Assembly: GCA_951406725.2 (NCBI GenBank)
Contig: OX597816.1
Coordinates: 120,900,001-120,964,000 of the forward strand
Reading direction: 5' to 3'
Length of the DNA stretch: 64,000 nt
Origin: Octopus vulgaris
Lineage: Eukaryota
Shown here: positions 13,294 to 26,368 of the stretch, piece by piece
Numbering within the stretch: position 1 is the first letter of the stretch
Layout of the letters: every line of letters begins with the position of its first letter
Made by a program: the position numbers and the translations under genes
Notes under the pieces: generated by a model
Seen by the model: the letters and a program-made list of their open reading frames with translations, nothing else
Databases searched by the model: none
What the model was told of the DNA's origin: nothing

Positions 13294-13817
13294 ACAATTC
13301 CCCTCCAACCTACACACACACACTGCTCATCTTGTATGGCATACATACTTAATTCTCTCTCAGTATGTCACTTTGTATGATTCTTCTTCCTCTTTCTTTC
13401 CTCTTTTGCACTGTCATTATATTCTCTTTCTTTCTTTTCTCTCTCTCTCTGACTCCCTCTCTCTCTCATTGTATATTAGATATCTTTTAATATGTCTTGT
13501 TTCTCTACCTTTTCTTTAACCATCTCCATTATTCAAGAGTGTATTCTTTTATTCTTTTGCTTGTTTTAGTGGGTTGACTGTGGCCATGCTAGAGCACTGC
13601 CTTTAGTCAAACAAATCAATCCCAGGACTCATTCTTTGTAAGCCTACTACTTATTCTATCACTCACTTTTGCCGAACTGTTAAGCTACGGGGGAAAGTTG
13701 TCAAGTGATTGTGGGTGGACAAACACAGACACACAAATATATACATACATACATACATACATATAAATCCTTAAATCCTTAAAAATGTTTCAGCCTGAAG
13801 GCTGCGGCCATGCTAGA

Positions 13818-13866
<49 letters not shown>

Positions 13867-14070
13867 ATTATGTATGTATGTATACAATGGGCTTGTTTCA
13901 GTTTCCATTTACCAAATCCCCTCACAAGGCTTTGGTTGGACCAAGGCTATAGTAGAAGACACTTGCCCAAGGTATACAGTGAGACTGAATCCGGAACCAT
14001 GTGGTTGGGAAGCAAGCTTCTTATCACACAGCCATGCCTGCACATGTGCACACACATACCCACACACACA

Positions 14071-14112
<42 letters not shown>

Positions 14113-14290
14113 CACACACGCATAGATATTCACACAGACAGACAGACAATTGCGTGCACACACACACACACACACAAACAGAGAGAGATTATAAATTAAA
14201 ATAAATGCATAATGTAATATTATTCAGGCAATCTAATCCCACCTCGGGTCTTTTAACTGAGAATAGCTTCCGATTTATAACTAGCTTTTC

Positions 14291-14327
<37 letters not shown>

Positions 14328-15225
14328 GTGACCTTAGCGTCATAACCTATATATATATACTGTCTCTGGTTCAAATTCTTTTGTCACATGTATTTGTTAT
14401 CTTGTATGTGAGTAACAGGGCAGCCAATGAAAATACTTCTTAACAAAGTAACTAATTAGCATTTATTTGATTTTATTGATAATTCTTCAGAACTAAAATA
14501 TTACTTTTGAAGTTATGATTTGAAGGTGTTTTTTTTTTCTTTGGTAAATAATGCCTGGACTATAACAGAACCAGTGACACATGAAATAAATGACATATAT
14601 AAAATTTTCCTTCTTACATTAACAACAACAAAAACAATAATAATAATGGTTCCAAATTTTGGTACAAGGCCAGAAATTTTGGGGAGTGGGTAAGTTTTTA
14701 TTCTTTCTCTTATTCTTTTATTTGTTTCAGTCATTTGACTGCAGCCATGCTGGAGCACTGCCCTTAGTTGAACAAATTGACCCTAGGACTTATTTTTTGT
14801 AAGCCTAGCCACCTATTCTGTCGGTCTCTGTTGCCGAACCGCTAAGTTATGGAGACATAAAAACACCAACATCAGTTGTCAAGCAATGGTGGGGACACCA
14901 ACACACACATACACACAACGGGCTTCTTTAAGTTTCTGTCTACCAAATCCACTCACAAGGCTTTGGTTGGCACGAGGCTACAGTAGAAGACACTTGTCCA
15001 AGTAGAACTATGTGGTTGGTACGCAAGTTACTTACCACACAGCCACTTCTGCACCTAAGTTGAGTACATCGACCTCAGTGCTCAGCTGGTACTTATTTTA
15101 TTGACCCCAAAAGGATGAAAGGTAAAGTTGATTTCAATGGAATTTGAACTCAGACTGTTAAGACACAAAATGCCACTAAGGATTTTGCCCAGTGTGCTAA
15201 TGATACTGCCAGCTCACTGCCTTCC

Positions 15226-15257
<32 letters not shown>

Positions 15258-15297
15258 GTAATAATAATAATAGTAATAATAATAATAGACAATATGA

Positions 15298-15571
15298 AAA
15301 GCGTGATGCGATTGCAATAAATATTTTATTGGTTTTAAATATTTTGACAGCTTTCCTGTCTTTGTTGAGTTCAAAATGAAAAGTGATATATAAAAATTCA
15401 AAATTATAGAAATTCAAATTGAAAAATTTGTACAACGGCAATCTGCGTTCCCACATGGGAATAATTTTGAATTTTTATGTATCACTTTACGTTTTGAACT
15501 CGACAAAAACAAGCAAGCTGTCAAAATATTTAAAACCAATAAAATATCTATTGCAATTGCATTGCGCTCTT
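15298..15571. repeat. Foldback/MITE-like element with ~110-bp arms between (AAT)n tracts
   Basis: attgcaataaatattttattggttttaaatattttgacagct... pairs with ...agctgtcaaaatatttaaaaccaataaaatatctattgcaat. Confidence 0.85.
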
Positions 15572-15659
15572 TGTATTTTCCTTTGTGAGGAGTTATGTCA
15601 ATCCATTTAAAATAATATAATAATAGTAATAATAATATTAATAATAATGATAACATAGT

Positions 15660-16440
15660 GTACGGGAATACATCAGCAGTAAAAGAAGAAACATGGCAGA
15701 ATATTTGGTAAACAGCAAACAAGACCTCCTACAGTATGCTGCTAATGCAGAAGGATTTAACAAAAATGAACTGGAAAGTGCTCATGAATTCTGATCAAGA
15801 ACAGCCAACAAAATACAAGAAACCCTACTCTACATGGACTTACATAGCCAGTTCTACTGTGAAACCAATGAATTTAAAGACCAGGAACCATCACGGAGGT
15901 GGCTTAAAAATGGTGGCCTAAAAAAGAATACTGAAAGCTTAATCGTTGCTGCTCAGGACCAGGCATTGAATACCAATTCAGTGAAAAGGATACATATACC
16001 ACACAAGTGCAACAAACCTCTGCAGAATGTGTGGGAAGAGGGTTGAAAGCATGACTCACATTGTTTTGTACTTGTGAAAGTCTTATGCAGAAAGGGTACA
16101 AGCATAGACATGACAAGGTAGCTTAAAACCTCCACTGGCTACTATGCTGGTTACGGGTGTTGGTACCAACATACACTGAAAAAGGTAATGGATGAAAAAT
16201 GGAAGGCAAAAATCCTCTGGGACTTTGACTTCCAGACAATATATTAGAGCACTGAAGGCTGCGTATGGTAACCTTTAGGAGGGACAAGCAAGAGAGCCTA
16301 ATAATTAATGTGGCAGTGCCAGGAGATCAATATATCATCATGAAAAAAAGGGAAAAGGTTGATAAATATGGGGACCTGAAAATTAAGATCGCTAAGATGT
16401 GGCAGCTACGAGAGTCAAACATAAAGGTTATCCCTATTAT
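15660..16440 (+). pseudogene. Degenerate 3' part of an R4/Dong-clade non-LTR retrotransposon (zinc knuckle plus restriction-like endonuclease)
   Basis: Across frames: WLKNGGLKKNTESLIVAAQDQALNT, CRMCGKRVESMTHIVCTC, YKHRHDKVA, KILWDFDFQT, LIINVAVPGD, REKVDKYGDL, KVIPII. Stops and frameshifts are present. Confidence 0.85.
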
Positions 16441-16785
16441 AAGCCTAGCACTTATTAGACCGACAGAATAAGTGCTAGGCTTACAAAAAATAAGTCCTGG
16501 GGTCAGTTTGTTCAACTAAAGGCAATGCTCCAGCATGGCTGCAGTCAATTTCCAGATTGGGTGTTTTTTCAATACCACCCAATCTGAAAAAAACATCTGA
16601 AAACTTTAGAAATATCTTACAATATAGGTGTATTGTAAAAGTCAGCTTTAATTGGAACATTACATGCATATTGCATAAAGTATTGTGTCTGAGGTCCTTG
16701 TTGTGACTTGACAAACAGTACAAACCCCTGGTAGACACAATATCTTCAATAAACAACCTCACAATATTGTATACTGTGCGACATC

Positions 16786-16825
<40 letters not shown>

Positions 16826-16828
<3 letters not shown>

Positions 16829-17510
16829 GTTTCAAATTTTGGCAGAAGGCCACAAATTACAAGGGATGGGTTAAGTCAAGTATATTGACCCTAACATTCA
16901 ACTGGTACTTCATTTTATCGACCCTGAAAGGATGAAAGGCAAAGTTGACCTCAACAGCATTTGAACTCAGAACGTAAAGTTAGAAGAAATCCCATTAAGC
17001 ATTTTTCCCAGTGTGGTGGCAATTCTGCCAGCTCAGTGCCTGAATAATAATAATCCTTTCTACTTAAGGCACAAGGCCTGAAATTTGGTAGGAGGGGACT
17101 AGTTGATTACATCGACCCCAGTGTTTCATTGGTATGTAATTTATTGACTCTGAAAGGATGAAAGGCAAAGTTGACCTCGGTGGAATTTGAACTCAGAACA
17201 TAAAGAAGGATGAAATGCTGCCAAGCATTTTGTCCAGCATGTTAATGATTCTGCCAGCTCACTGCCTTAATAATAATAATAATAATAGTAATGATGGTTT
17301 CAAATTTTGCCACAAGGGCAACCATTTTTGGATAGGGGATGAGTCAATTACATCGCCCCCAGTGTTTCACTGATACTTAATTTATCAACCCCAAAAGGAT
17401 GAAAGGCAAAGTCGACCTCAATGGAATTTGAACTCAGAATGTGAAGACGGACAAAATGCTGCTTAGCATTTTGCCTAATGTGTTAACAATTCTGCCTGGC
17501 TCAGCACCTC
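16826..17510 (-). mobile_element. Three head-to-tail family-B SINEs separated by (AAT)n
   Basis: Three repeats of ...gaaaggatgaaaggcaaagttgacctc...tttgaactcagaa...ttctgccagctc, each bounded by aataataat tracts. Confidence 0.8.
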
Positions 17511-17559
17511 AACAACAATAATAATGATGATAGGAACTGAAAATTATTTGAAGATGATC

Positions 17560-18700
17560 TCTGACTTATTATCAAGGGTGGATGGTTGGATGCTACATTT
17601 ATGTACTTAATATGATCATTTGGCTTAGGAAATGGTTCAAATAATCTAGTATCAAGTCAGAAGGTAGTGTCAAAAACATTTTCCCTACAATAATCCTTTC
17701 CCATAGTAATATTTAGTCCTAAATTTTAAAAAAATCTAATTTTTGCTATGCCTTTCTAATTGTACTTCATTAATTCTGTCCAGAAAAAATAAGGTGTTGT
17801 CCCTATATAGACTTCCTCTTACTTTCAGAAAGGAAGACTGGATTAACTAGGTCTGTGACATGTGCAGAGTCAGATGACCCCATTACTATATCAAAAGTAT
17901 TTTCCCTCTCTAATCTATTCCATAATCTACCATCAAAATCTACTAAAGTGGCTCGTGTGGCAAGTATTATATCTATTTTATGTCGGGGACAAACTAGAAT
18001 TTCTCATACTATAAATTAGGGCTTTATTAAGGATGTCCGGGTTAATAGTGGCATAGCTCTCTATATCTAGTTGCAAGAATTTACTATTCCTACTAATTTC
18101 TAGCTTAAGCCATCCAACCACTTCTTGGGTATCTAACCAAAGGGCTAATCTAATTTTGGACTTATGAGCAGGTATTATCCTGTCAATGATTTTTTTTACT
18201 AGCAATGCCTATATCAGATTTAGAAGGACAAATCAATGTAACTGAGGGGACTGTAAGAAAGGTAGGTTTATGGTCCTTCAGCATAATCTGGGGTTTTCTA
18301 GGGACCTATGGCTTGGTTGTATCATCCATAGCTAAATCTCTAATTCATAACCGGTTTTTTTAATGTATTGTTTCTAGCGTGACTATATTTATTTGCTGTG
18401 TAATTCCTTCCTAATCACAGACTCATATAACTCAACATCAGCAATGTAAATATTACTTGTTTTGTCCATTGTACAAGTATTCCTGGAACTTTCTTGAAGT
18501 CAAGTAATTTTCTGATTTTCTGCTGATGTACATTGCACCTTCTAGGGTATTTCCTGAACTTCATGTTCTTAACTATACTAAATAATTCCTCTTCAAATCT
18601 CGTTAAGTGTTGATTAGTCTGTGGGTTCCTCTTGGATTTGGAAAAAGTAGTTGTCATGCTCTTTCTGTGTATTGTTATTTTCATAGTATTATTTTTTGTT
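17560..18700 (-). pseudogene. Degenerate Penelope-like element reverse transcriptase
   Basis: Minus-strand motifs PQIMLKDHKPTF, ICPSKSDIG, KKIIDRII...WLDTQEVVGW, FLQLDIESY-ATI...LNKAL, TFDIVMGSSDSAHVTDLV and GSLYRDN (degenerate GLYRDD) are typical of PLE RTs. Many disablements. Confidence 0.8.
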
Positions 18701-19224
18701 TACACTGGAGTAATAGTCACATATACCCCTGCTGTGTACGTGGGTTGGCATAAGAGAAATCAAGAGAGATCTGCAAACAGCAAAGGTAGGCCAGCAACAA
18801 ATGAGTGTGTTGTTCAGGTGTTCAATCTTTAATTGATTTATGACTTCTTTGTCTAAGGAGAAGCCTATCCCTGTTATATCTACATGGGTTTATCTGTAAA
18901 AATACTAGAAGTGGAAGAGATCAGGTGGATTTCAGGGTGTGAGGGAGGTGGGGGAGGAGCATGACACATGAAAGGAATCCAGCTCTTCGCTTCTTTGTTT
19001 ACCTTGTATTACACTCTGTTGTGTGTGTGTGTGTGTGTGCACACACGTTGTGTATGTTTTAGTATACATTTGAATTTGTGTACACTTGTGTGTTTGTGTA
19101 TAAATATGTATGTATGTATGTGTTGTGTGTGTGTGCACAAGATGAATAGTGAAAGTTAAGATAGAAATCATCATCATTATCATCATCATCATTGTTGTCA
19201 TCATCGTCATCATCATCATCATCA

Positions 19225-19395
19225 TGGATCAGGGGGTTTCCCTGACTTCATATCCTTTATATACTTTATATATACTTTATCTACCAGGGTGCTGTTGATG
19301 CAGGTAGCTGGTCCCTCAACTGGGTCAGCATTTGGCAGGCCCTCCTCATCCCATTCATTCTCCACTTTCAGCAGTCTTTCATAATGGCAACAAAT
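19225..19395 (-). pseudogene. RTE-clade LINE ORF fragment (region upstream of RT)
   Basis: HYERLLKVENEWDEEGLPNADPVEGPA...IKDMKSGK-P resembles the RTE linker ...F..LLN.EN...VEGP...MK.GKA.GP. Confidence 0.6.
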
Positions 19396-20302
19396 CAGGT
19401 AAATGATCAACTGGACAGGTCAACGATTCTCTGATTTACAGTTCAAATCTGGTGCTCTCTGAAGTGGGTACAACAACGCACACTTGAATTTTCTCAAAGA
19501 GGATTTGGGAGCTGGCTTCTGTGATAGTTGTTTGTGGTGGAAACTGTATTGAATAGTACCTTTGTATAGAGGAAGAGTGACTCTACCAACTGTAATTTAA
19601 ACAACCTACATCAATTAGTAAAACAATCAGACCCATATTTGCATTACTTTTTGAGAAAATACCCCACCACACACACATGCAACAATACATTGGGTAGTGA
19701 GAGGAAGAAATGTCTAGAGGAAATGTTGATTCTATAAGCCACAGTGCAGATCTGTAACTAGGGATAAAAATGGATACTGAGTATGGACTATTTAGTCCTA
19801 CCACAGACAACCTTTGTATTGTCATTACCACAATAAAACAGCTCCATTCAACTTTGTAAAATGGGCAGTGATAAGAAGGGCATCCATTTATAAAAGGGGT
19901 TCACATGTTTCCAGATGGCAAAACAACAGAATTTGAGATGTTATGCAAACATGGAAAAATGATGACAGTTGCAGCAGTGTGTTGATACTCATGCACTTCT
20001 CCAATATTTCATTCTCATCTCATATGTATGTATTCAATCAGAGAAAAACAGCATGATGTAACATACATAGTGTGTATATATATGTGTGTGTGTGGTGTGT
20101 GTGTGCACGTTATACATTTTCTTTTTCTTTTATTGTTTACTTCTATATTATTATTTTTAATTAGGTATGAAACATTTCCTGTAATAATTTCTTCTGCGTA
20201 TCTGTAATAATTTCCTGTCTTCCAAATCCTCTCACAAGGCTTGGCAACTGGTGTTGTGTGTTTACATCCCTGTAACTCAATGGTTTAGCAAAAGAAATTG
20301 AG

Positions 20303-20700
20303 AGGTGCAGGAGTGGCTGTGTGGTAAGTAGCTTGCTTACCAACCACATGGTTCTGGGTTCAGTTCCACTGCATAGCACCTTGGGCAAACGTCTTCTACT
20401 ATAGCCTCGGGCTGACCAAAGCCTTGTGAGTGGATTTGGCAGACAGAAACTGAAAGAAGCCCGTCGTATATATGTATATATATGTGTGTGTGTTTGTGTG
20501 TGTGTGTGTGTCCCAAACACTGCTTGATAACCGATGCTAGTGTGTTTACGTCCCTGTAACTTAGTGGTTTGGCAAAAGAATCTGATAGAATAAGTACTAG
20601 GCTTACAAAAAGAATAAGAAATGGGGTCGATTTCCTCGACTAAAGGTGGTGCTCCAGTATGGCTGCAGTCAAATGACTGAAAGAAGTAAAAGAGTAAGAG
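20303..20700 (+). mobile_element. tRNA-derived SINE family A with an internal TA/TG tract; the most abundant repeat here (other copies ~11940, 13885-, 14700-, 21050-, 21980, 23552, 34605-, 41175, 43665, 45182)
   Basis: Head ggtgcaggagtggctgtgtggtaagtagcttgcttaccaaccacatggttctgggttcagttcc; body ggcacc...gaaactgaaagaagcc; tail ...gcagtcaaatgactgaaa-aagtaaaagag. Confidence 0.85.
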
Positions 20701-23122
20701 AAAGCACCAGGCTTTAAAAACTGGAAAAGTACTGGGATCAATTTATTTGACCAAAAATCCTTTAAGGCGGTGCCCCAGCATGGCTGTAGTCTGATGACTG
20801 AAATGATAAAAGATGTATATGTATATATACATGGCAGGCTTCCACATAGTTTTTATTTACCAAATTCTCTCACAAGACATTGGTTGACCCAGAGCTATAA
20901 TAGAAGACACTTGTCCAAGGTACCACACAGTGAGACTGAACTTGAAAGCAAGTGGTTGCAACACAAGCTTCTTAACCACACAGCCATACCTGTGCATATT
21001 TTGCCTGACAAATGGTAATTCACCAGGCAATGTAATACTCTTTTACACTTTTACTCTTTTATTTGTTTCAGGCATTTGATTGCAGCCATGCTGGAGCACC
21101 ACCTTTAGTCAAACAAATTGACCCCAGGACTCATTCTTTGTGAGCGTAGTACTCATTCTATCAGTTTCTTTTGCCAAACTGCTAAGTTACGGGGGTGGTA
21201 AACTCACCAGCATCGGTTGTCAAGCGATGGTGGGGACAAACACAAACATACAAATACATACACATACACGCACACACACATACGATGGGCTTCTTTCAGT
21301 TTCCATCTACCAAATCTTATAGTAGAAGACACTTGCCCAAGGTGCCACGCAGTGGGACTGAACCCGGAACCATGTGGTCGGTAAGCAAGTTGCCTACCAC
21401 ACAGTCACTCCTGTGCCTGGTTATAAATTGTATATAGATATCACTTTGTTGTACAATTCCCAGTAAATTTGTAAATTTTTACCCCCCCCCCCCTCATTTC
21501 AATTTCAATGTGAGAGTCGTTTCATCATGTGAGTGGGTGCAAGATATTTTGAAGTATGTGTTGGCTTCCTTGATTTGAAAAACAATACCTAGCCAAAGGT
21601 GTGGAAGCAGTTTCTTTAATATATAGCTTTTCTCCAAATAACATATTTGATGCTGAATTGTTTTGTTTTTTTTGTTTTGTTTATTTGTTCTTCTCAAAAA
21701 CTTGAATACATTTCTAGCTATGTTGTGCCAAATTAAAAACATAACTTCCAAGAATATGTCATTTTAAATGCTTTTTTTTTTTCTTTTTTGCACTTCATTC
21801 TGTTTCTAAAAGATGTACTGAGAAGATGTAGATGGGTGGGTGGGGTGGAAGGTGTGTGGGACTACTTTGAGAGCAGCTAACAGCTGGAAATGTTGTATTC
21901 ATATGTATGAGTAGGCTATATCATTATGTGTTATTTTGGTCAACACATCCGGTTGGGTTATTGTGCTTATAGCAGCAGTCCCAACCACATGGTTCTGGGT
22001 TCAGTTCCACTGTGTGGCATCTTGGGCAAGTGTTTTCTACCATAACCTCAGGCTGATCAAAGGCTTGTGAAGTGGATTTGTTAGATGGAAACTAAAAGAA
22101 GCCTATCATATGTGTGTGTGTGTATGTACATATATCTTTGTGCCTGTGTTTGTCCCCACCACCTCTTGCCAGCTGGTGTTGGTGTATTCACATCCCTGTA
22201 ACTTAGTGGTTCAGCAAAAGATATCGATAGAATAAGTACTACGCTTAAAAAATATAAGTACTGGAGTCAATTCATTTGACTAAAAATTCTTTAAGGCAGT
22301 ACCCCAGCATGGCCACAGTCTAATGACTGAAGAATATAAAAGATATAAAATAGGCAGATTTAACATTTATTGTCAGTTTGATTATCTACTGAGAAGGGTG
22401 GGTTTCTAATCTATTTAGAAATGTTTTCATCAGCAGTCATTATCAAATGTGTTCCAGCCATGACTATCCCATTTTAGGAGCATATCTATGATTACATTTT
22501 GCAGTTTGTCCTTTCCTTATTTTATTTAACTCTTTAACATTTAAACAGGCCATATCTGGCCCAAATATTTTACCTGTTTTACTTTGAAACTGGCCAGATA
22601 TGACCTCTCACACATACTCTTCATTGTCATTCTAAAAATAACCAATCACATCATTGAAATCTTGAAGCTCTGACATTACACATGATTAATTCAAAACAAT
22701 GAAAAGGCTTTGTTGTACAGAGTAATCTGAATGCTAAAATGTTTAAAAAGTTACCTCCTCGAGTCATACTGACGTATAAGGGCAGGTTTCCTGGTTTCCA
22801 AGACGTATATATTCTGACCTGGATGGGATGCCAATCTGTCACAGGATTACTCCTTTTTGCCAGCTGAGTGTTTTGCTCAGATGAAGTGTTTTGCTCAAGA
22901 ACTCAACATGTCATCCAGTCCGCGAATTGAAACCACAATCTTACAATCATGAGTCCAACACACTAACCACTAAGCCACACAGCTCCACGTTCTGAATGCT
23001 AAAGAGCTAAGGCACTCGGTAGATTGATGAGGTAGATTTGTCTGCTAGTTCTAGCAGGTTGTTGGATTAGGTAGAATCTTCGTAGAGATGTATTAGCATT
23101 GAGTACAGTTATATATGATGGT

Positions 23123-23552
23123 GTTACAGTTCTATATTTAAGAGATGAGGAATTATGTATATTATTTACAATTGACGGATATTTGTCCTCATCTTGTTTG
23201 TTGTTAACGCAACATTTCAGCTGATATATCCTCCAGCCTTCATCAGGTGTTTTGTGGAAATTTCGACCCTGAATTCTCATTCCTAAGGTAATTTTCAATG
23301 TTGTTGTTATTATTATTATTATTATTATTATTGTTCAGGTCACTGCTTGGAATTGAACTCGGAATCTTGGGGTTAGTAGCCCGTGCTCTTAACCACTATG
23401 CCATAACATCATTGAAAAATACCTTAGGAATGAGAAGCCAGGTTTGAAATTTCTCCAAGACACCTGATGAAGGCTGGGGGGAGGGCATATCAGCCAAAAC
23501 ATTGTGTTAACAACAAGATGAGGACAAATATCCGTTAAATGTAAATAATGTA
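23123..23552 (-). mobile_element. tRNA-headed, hammerhead-bearing element with an inverted duplicate arm
   Basis: Minus-strand Pol III head at 23403-23336 (A box TGGCATAGTGG, B box GAGTTCAATTCC), then (AAT)n, then a body with acac-CTGATGA-A-ggctg...cagct-GAAA-tgtt-gcgt. An inverted body copy lies at 23405-23552. Confidence 0.75.
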
Positions 23553-23950
23553 GGCATAGGAGAGGCTGTGTAGTAAGTAGTGTGCTTACGGTTTTAGGTT
23601 CAGTCACACTGTGTGGCACCTTGGGCAAGTGTCTTCTATTATAGCTTCAGGCTGACCAAAGCCTTGTGAGTGGATTTGGAAGACGGAAACTGAAAGAAGC
23701 CCGTCATATATATGTATATATATGTATGTGTGTCTGTGTTTGTCCCGCCAACATCGCTTGACAACCAATGCTAGTGTCTTTACATCCCTGTAACTTAGCG
23801 GTTTGGCAAAAGAAACCAATAGAATAAGTGCTAGGCTTACAAAGAATAAGTCCTGAGGTTGATTTGCTTGACTAAAGGTGGTGCTCCAGCAAGGCCGGTT
23901 ACAAAGCCAGCTTCCCAACCACACAGCCATATCTGCACCAATATGTAAAT

Positions 23951-23992
<42 letters not shown>

Positions 23993-24311
23993 ATACACAC
24001 ACACACTCTCTCATTCACAAATACACACACACTCAAATACACACACACTCAAATACACACACACACACTCATTCACACACACACACACAAATATATATAT
24101 ATATATATATATACACACTAGCATAGCTGTGTTGTCGAAGATACCGACAGTTTTATTAATTGTAGAAAATGGCACATCAAAGCATTTGGGGAAACATTGA
24201 TAGACGTCAAAAATCAAGTAAATATATATACTTGCACAGAATTGAAGTACTTGAACAATCAGATAAGGTTGTAACATCTCAGTTGAAAATATTATCCATT
24301 TAATATATGTG

Positions 24312-24729
24312 TATAGGTGCAGGCATGACTTATAGGTGCAGGCATGGCTTATAGGTGCAGGCATGGCTTATAGGTGCAGGCATAGCTTATAGGTGCAGGC
24401 ATAGCTTATAGGTGCAGGCATGGCTTATAGGTGCAGGCATAGCTTATAGGTGCAGGCATGGCTTATAGGTGCAGGCATAGCTTATAGATGCAGGCATAGC
24501 TTATAGGTACAGGTATAGCTTATAGGTGTAGGCATAGCTTATAGGTGTAGGCATGGCTTATAGGTGCAGGCATGGCTTATAGGTGCAGGCATGACTTATA
24601 GGTGCAGACATGGCTTATAGGTGGAGGCATGGCTTATAGGTGCAGGCATAGCTTATAGGCTCAGGCATGGCTTACAGTTGCAGGTATGGCTTATAGACAC
24701 AGGCATAGCTTATAGGCGCAGGCATGGCT
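24312..24729 (+). repeat. 19-bp minisatellite (ttataggtgcaggcatggc, ~22 copies) made from the SINE family-A 5' end
   Basis: The last unit reads directly into ggcgcaggcatggctgtgtggttagaagcttgcttcccaaccac, the SINE head. Confidence 0.9.
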
Positions 24730-24777
24730 GTGTGGTTAGAAGCTTGCTTCCCAACCACCCAACCACATGGGCAAGAA

Positions 24778-25418
24778 ATTGGAACAAAGAGCCAATGTGA
24801 AATTTTGCATTAAACTTGAGAAGTCTGCTGCAGAAACATTGAGCATGCTTTGGCAGGTTTGTGGTGATGATGCAATGGGTCATATGCAATGTTTTGAGTG
24901 GCACAGTTGCTTCAAAAGCAGAACGTCTTTGGAAGACAACAAGTGATCTGGAAGACCTGCCATGAGTGTCCTCCCTGGAAAATTCATCAGCTTGTGCCTG
25001 AGGATCACTGGAGGACAATCAACAACATTGCTGATGTTGTTGGGCTGTTGTATGGGTTCGTACAGGCAATCTTAATGCCTGGATTCTTCACGATGACAAT
25101 GCACCCTGTCACTAAGCTCTCCTCACTCTTGAGTTTCTCACCAAAACATAGTATCATTTCTGCACCCCCTCCCCCATTCACCAGATTTAGCAGCTCAAAG
25201 GTTGCCATTTTAACTCTGTTGTTGAAATCAAGAGTGAATTGCAGAAGGCCCTCAACTCATGTTAAACGACTTCTAGGCTGGATTTCAGTAGTACAGGAAT
25301 GCTGGGACCAGTGCATTGATGCACAAGGTGAGTATTTTGAAGGAGATGATGATAAAACTTAGGTTATTTTTTTTTATTAAACATAACTAGTCTTGGAACT
25401 CTTTGATACCATCATGTA
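24778..25418 (+). mobile_element. Internally deleted mariner (Tc1/mariner) transposon remnant
   Basis: EQRANVKFCIKLEKSAAETLSML...CFEWH..FK..RTSLED...SGRP (N-terminal HTH), WILHDDNAPCH, and C-terminal CWDQCIDAQGEYFEGD; ends ggaactctttgataccatcatg-TA. Confidence 0.85.
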
Positions 25419-25419
25419 C

Positions 25420-25455
<36 letters not shown>

Positions 25456-26000
25456 TCGAATCTTTCTTTGCAGTCTTAAAATCTATCTCTGTTTCTATCT
25501 CTAAATCTGTCTTTTTTCCATCTGTCTAAACGACTATTTGCCTGTCTATTTGTCTGTCCATTATTCTAGCTTTCATCTTCTGCTTCTGCAATTACAAGCA
25601 ATAATTTTCTCTCTTTCTTCACCCTCATTTCTCTATACATGCATCCATCCATCCATCCATCCATCCATCCATACATACATACATACATACATACATACAT
25701 ACATACATACATACATACATACAAACAAACAACTAAGCTTCAATTCAATTAGGTACTTAAATTAAGGTACCTTATTAGGCCCAAATAATTTGTGCACCCA
25801 AACAATATCAGGTGAATATCAAACTCTGTATTTGCACCTGATATTCTTTCAGTTTATGCAGGCAACAGGACCCAACTTAGTGAAGATATCTGCTGTTGGT
25901 TGTTCAGATATGCACTTAATATAAAAATACTTTCTATAATATTTCCGAAGTGCAGAATCCAGGTTAGGTGAATAAAATATAAATGAGTAACAAAGTTGTA

Positions 26001-26286
26001 CAGGTGTCAATTCATTATGATCATTTCAAGCAACACCTTTAATTGATTAATGAAAACGTTGCATCATTGCAAAGAAATTGTTTTCTTCAAATGACTGCAT
26101 AGACTTCAAACAAAAAAAAACAAACAAACTGCTTAAACATATTCATACCACCAACGGAACTTGTTTGTCCTTTTTGTTTGAAGTCTATGCCATCATCTGA
26201 AGAAAACGGTTTCTTTGCAATGACGTAATGCTTTCATTAATCAATTAAAGAACTCACTTGAAACAATTAATAATGATTGACACCTG
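26001..26286. mobile_element. Tc1/mariner-type MITE, almost fully palindromic
   Basis: TA|caggtgtcaat ... attgacacctg|TA; internal arms ctttaattgattaatgaaa...gcatagacttcaaacaaaaa are mirrored. Confidence 0.8.
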
Positions 26287-26368
26287 TACATCTTTGTGAC
26301 CGCGTGTGTACCATTGGCAATTTTTTTTTTCCTCCGTCTTCCCTTCTCTAGCTCTTTTCTTTTCCCAT

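Noticed and set aside
23336-23403. Functional tRNA gene
   Set aside because: The acceptor-stem 5' strand is missing and there is no oligo-T terminator; treated as a SINE-type head.
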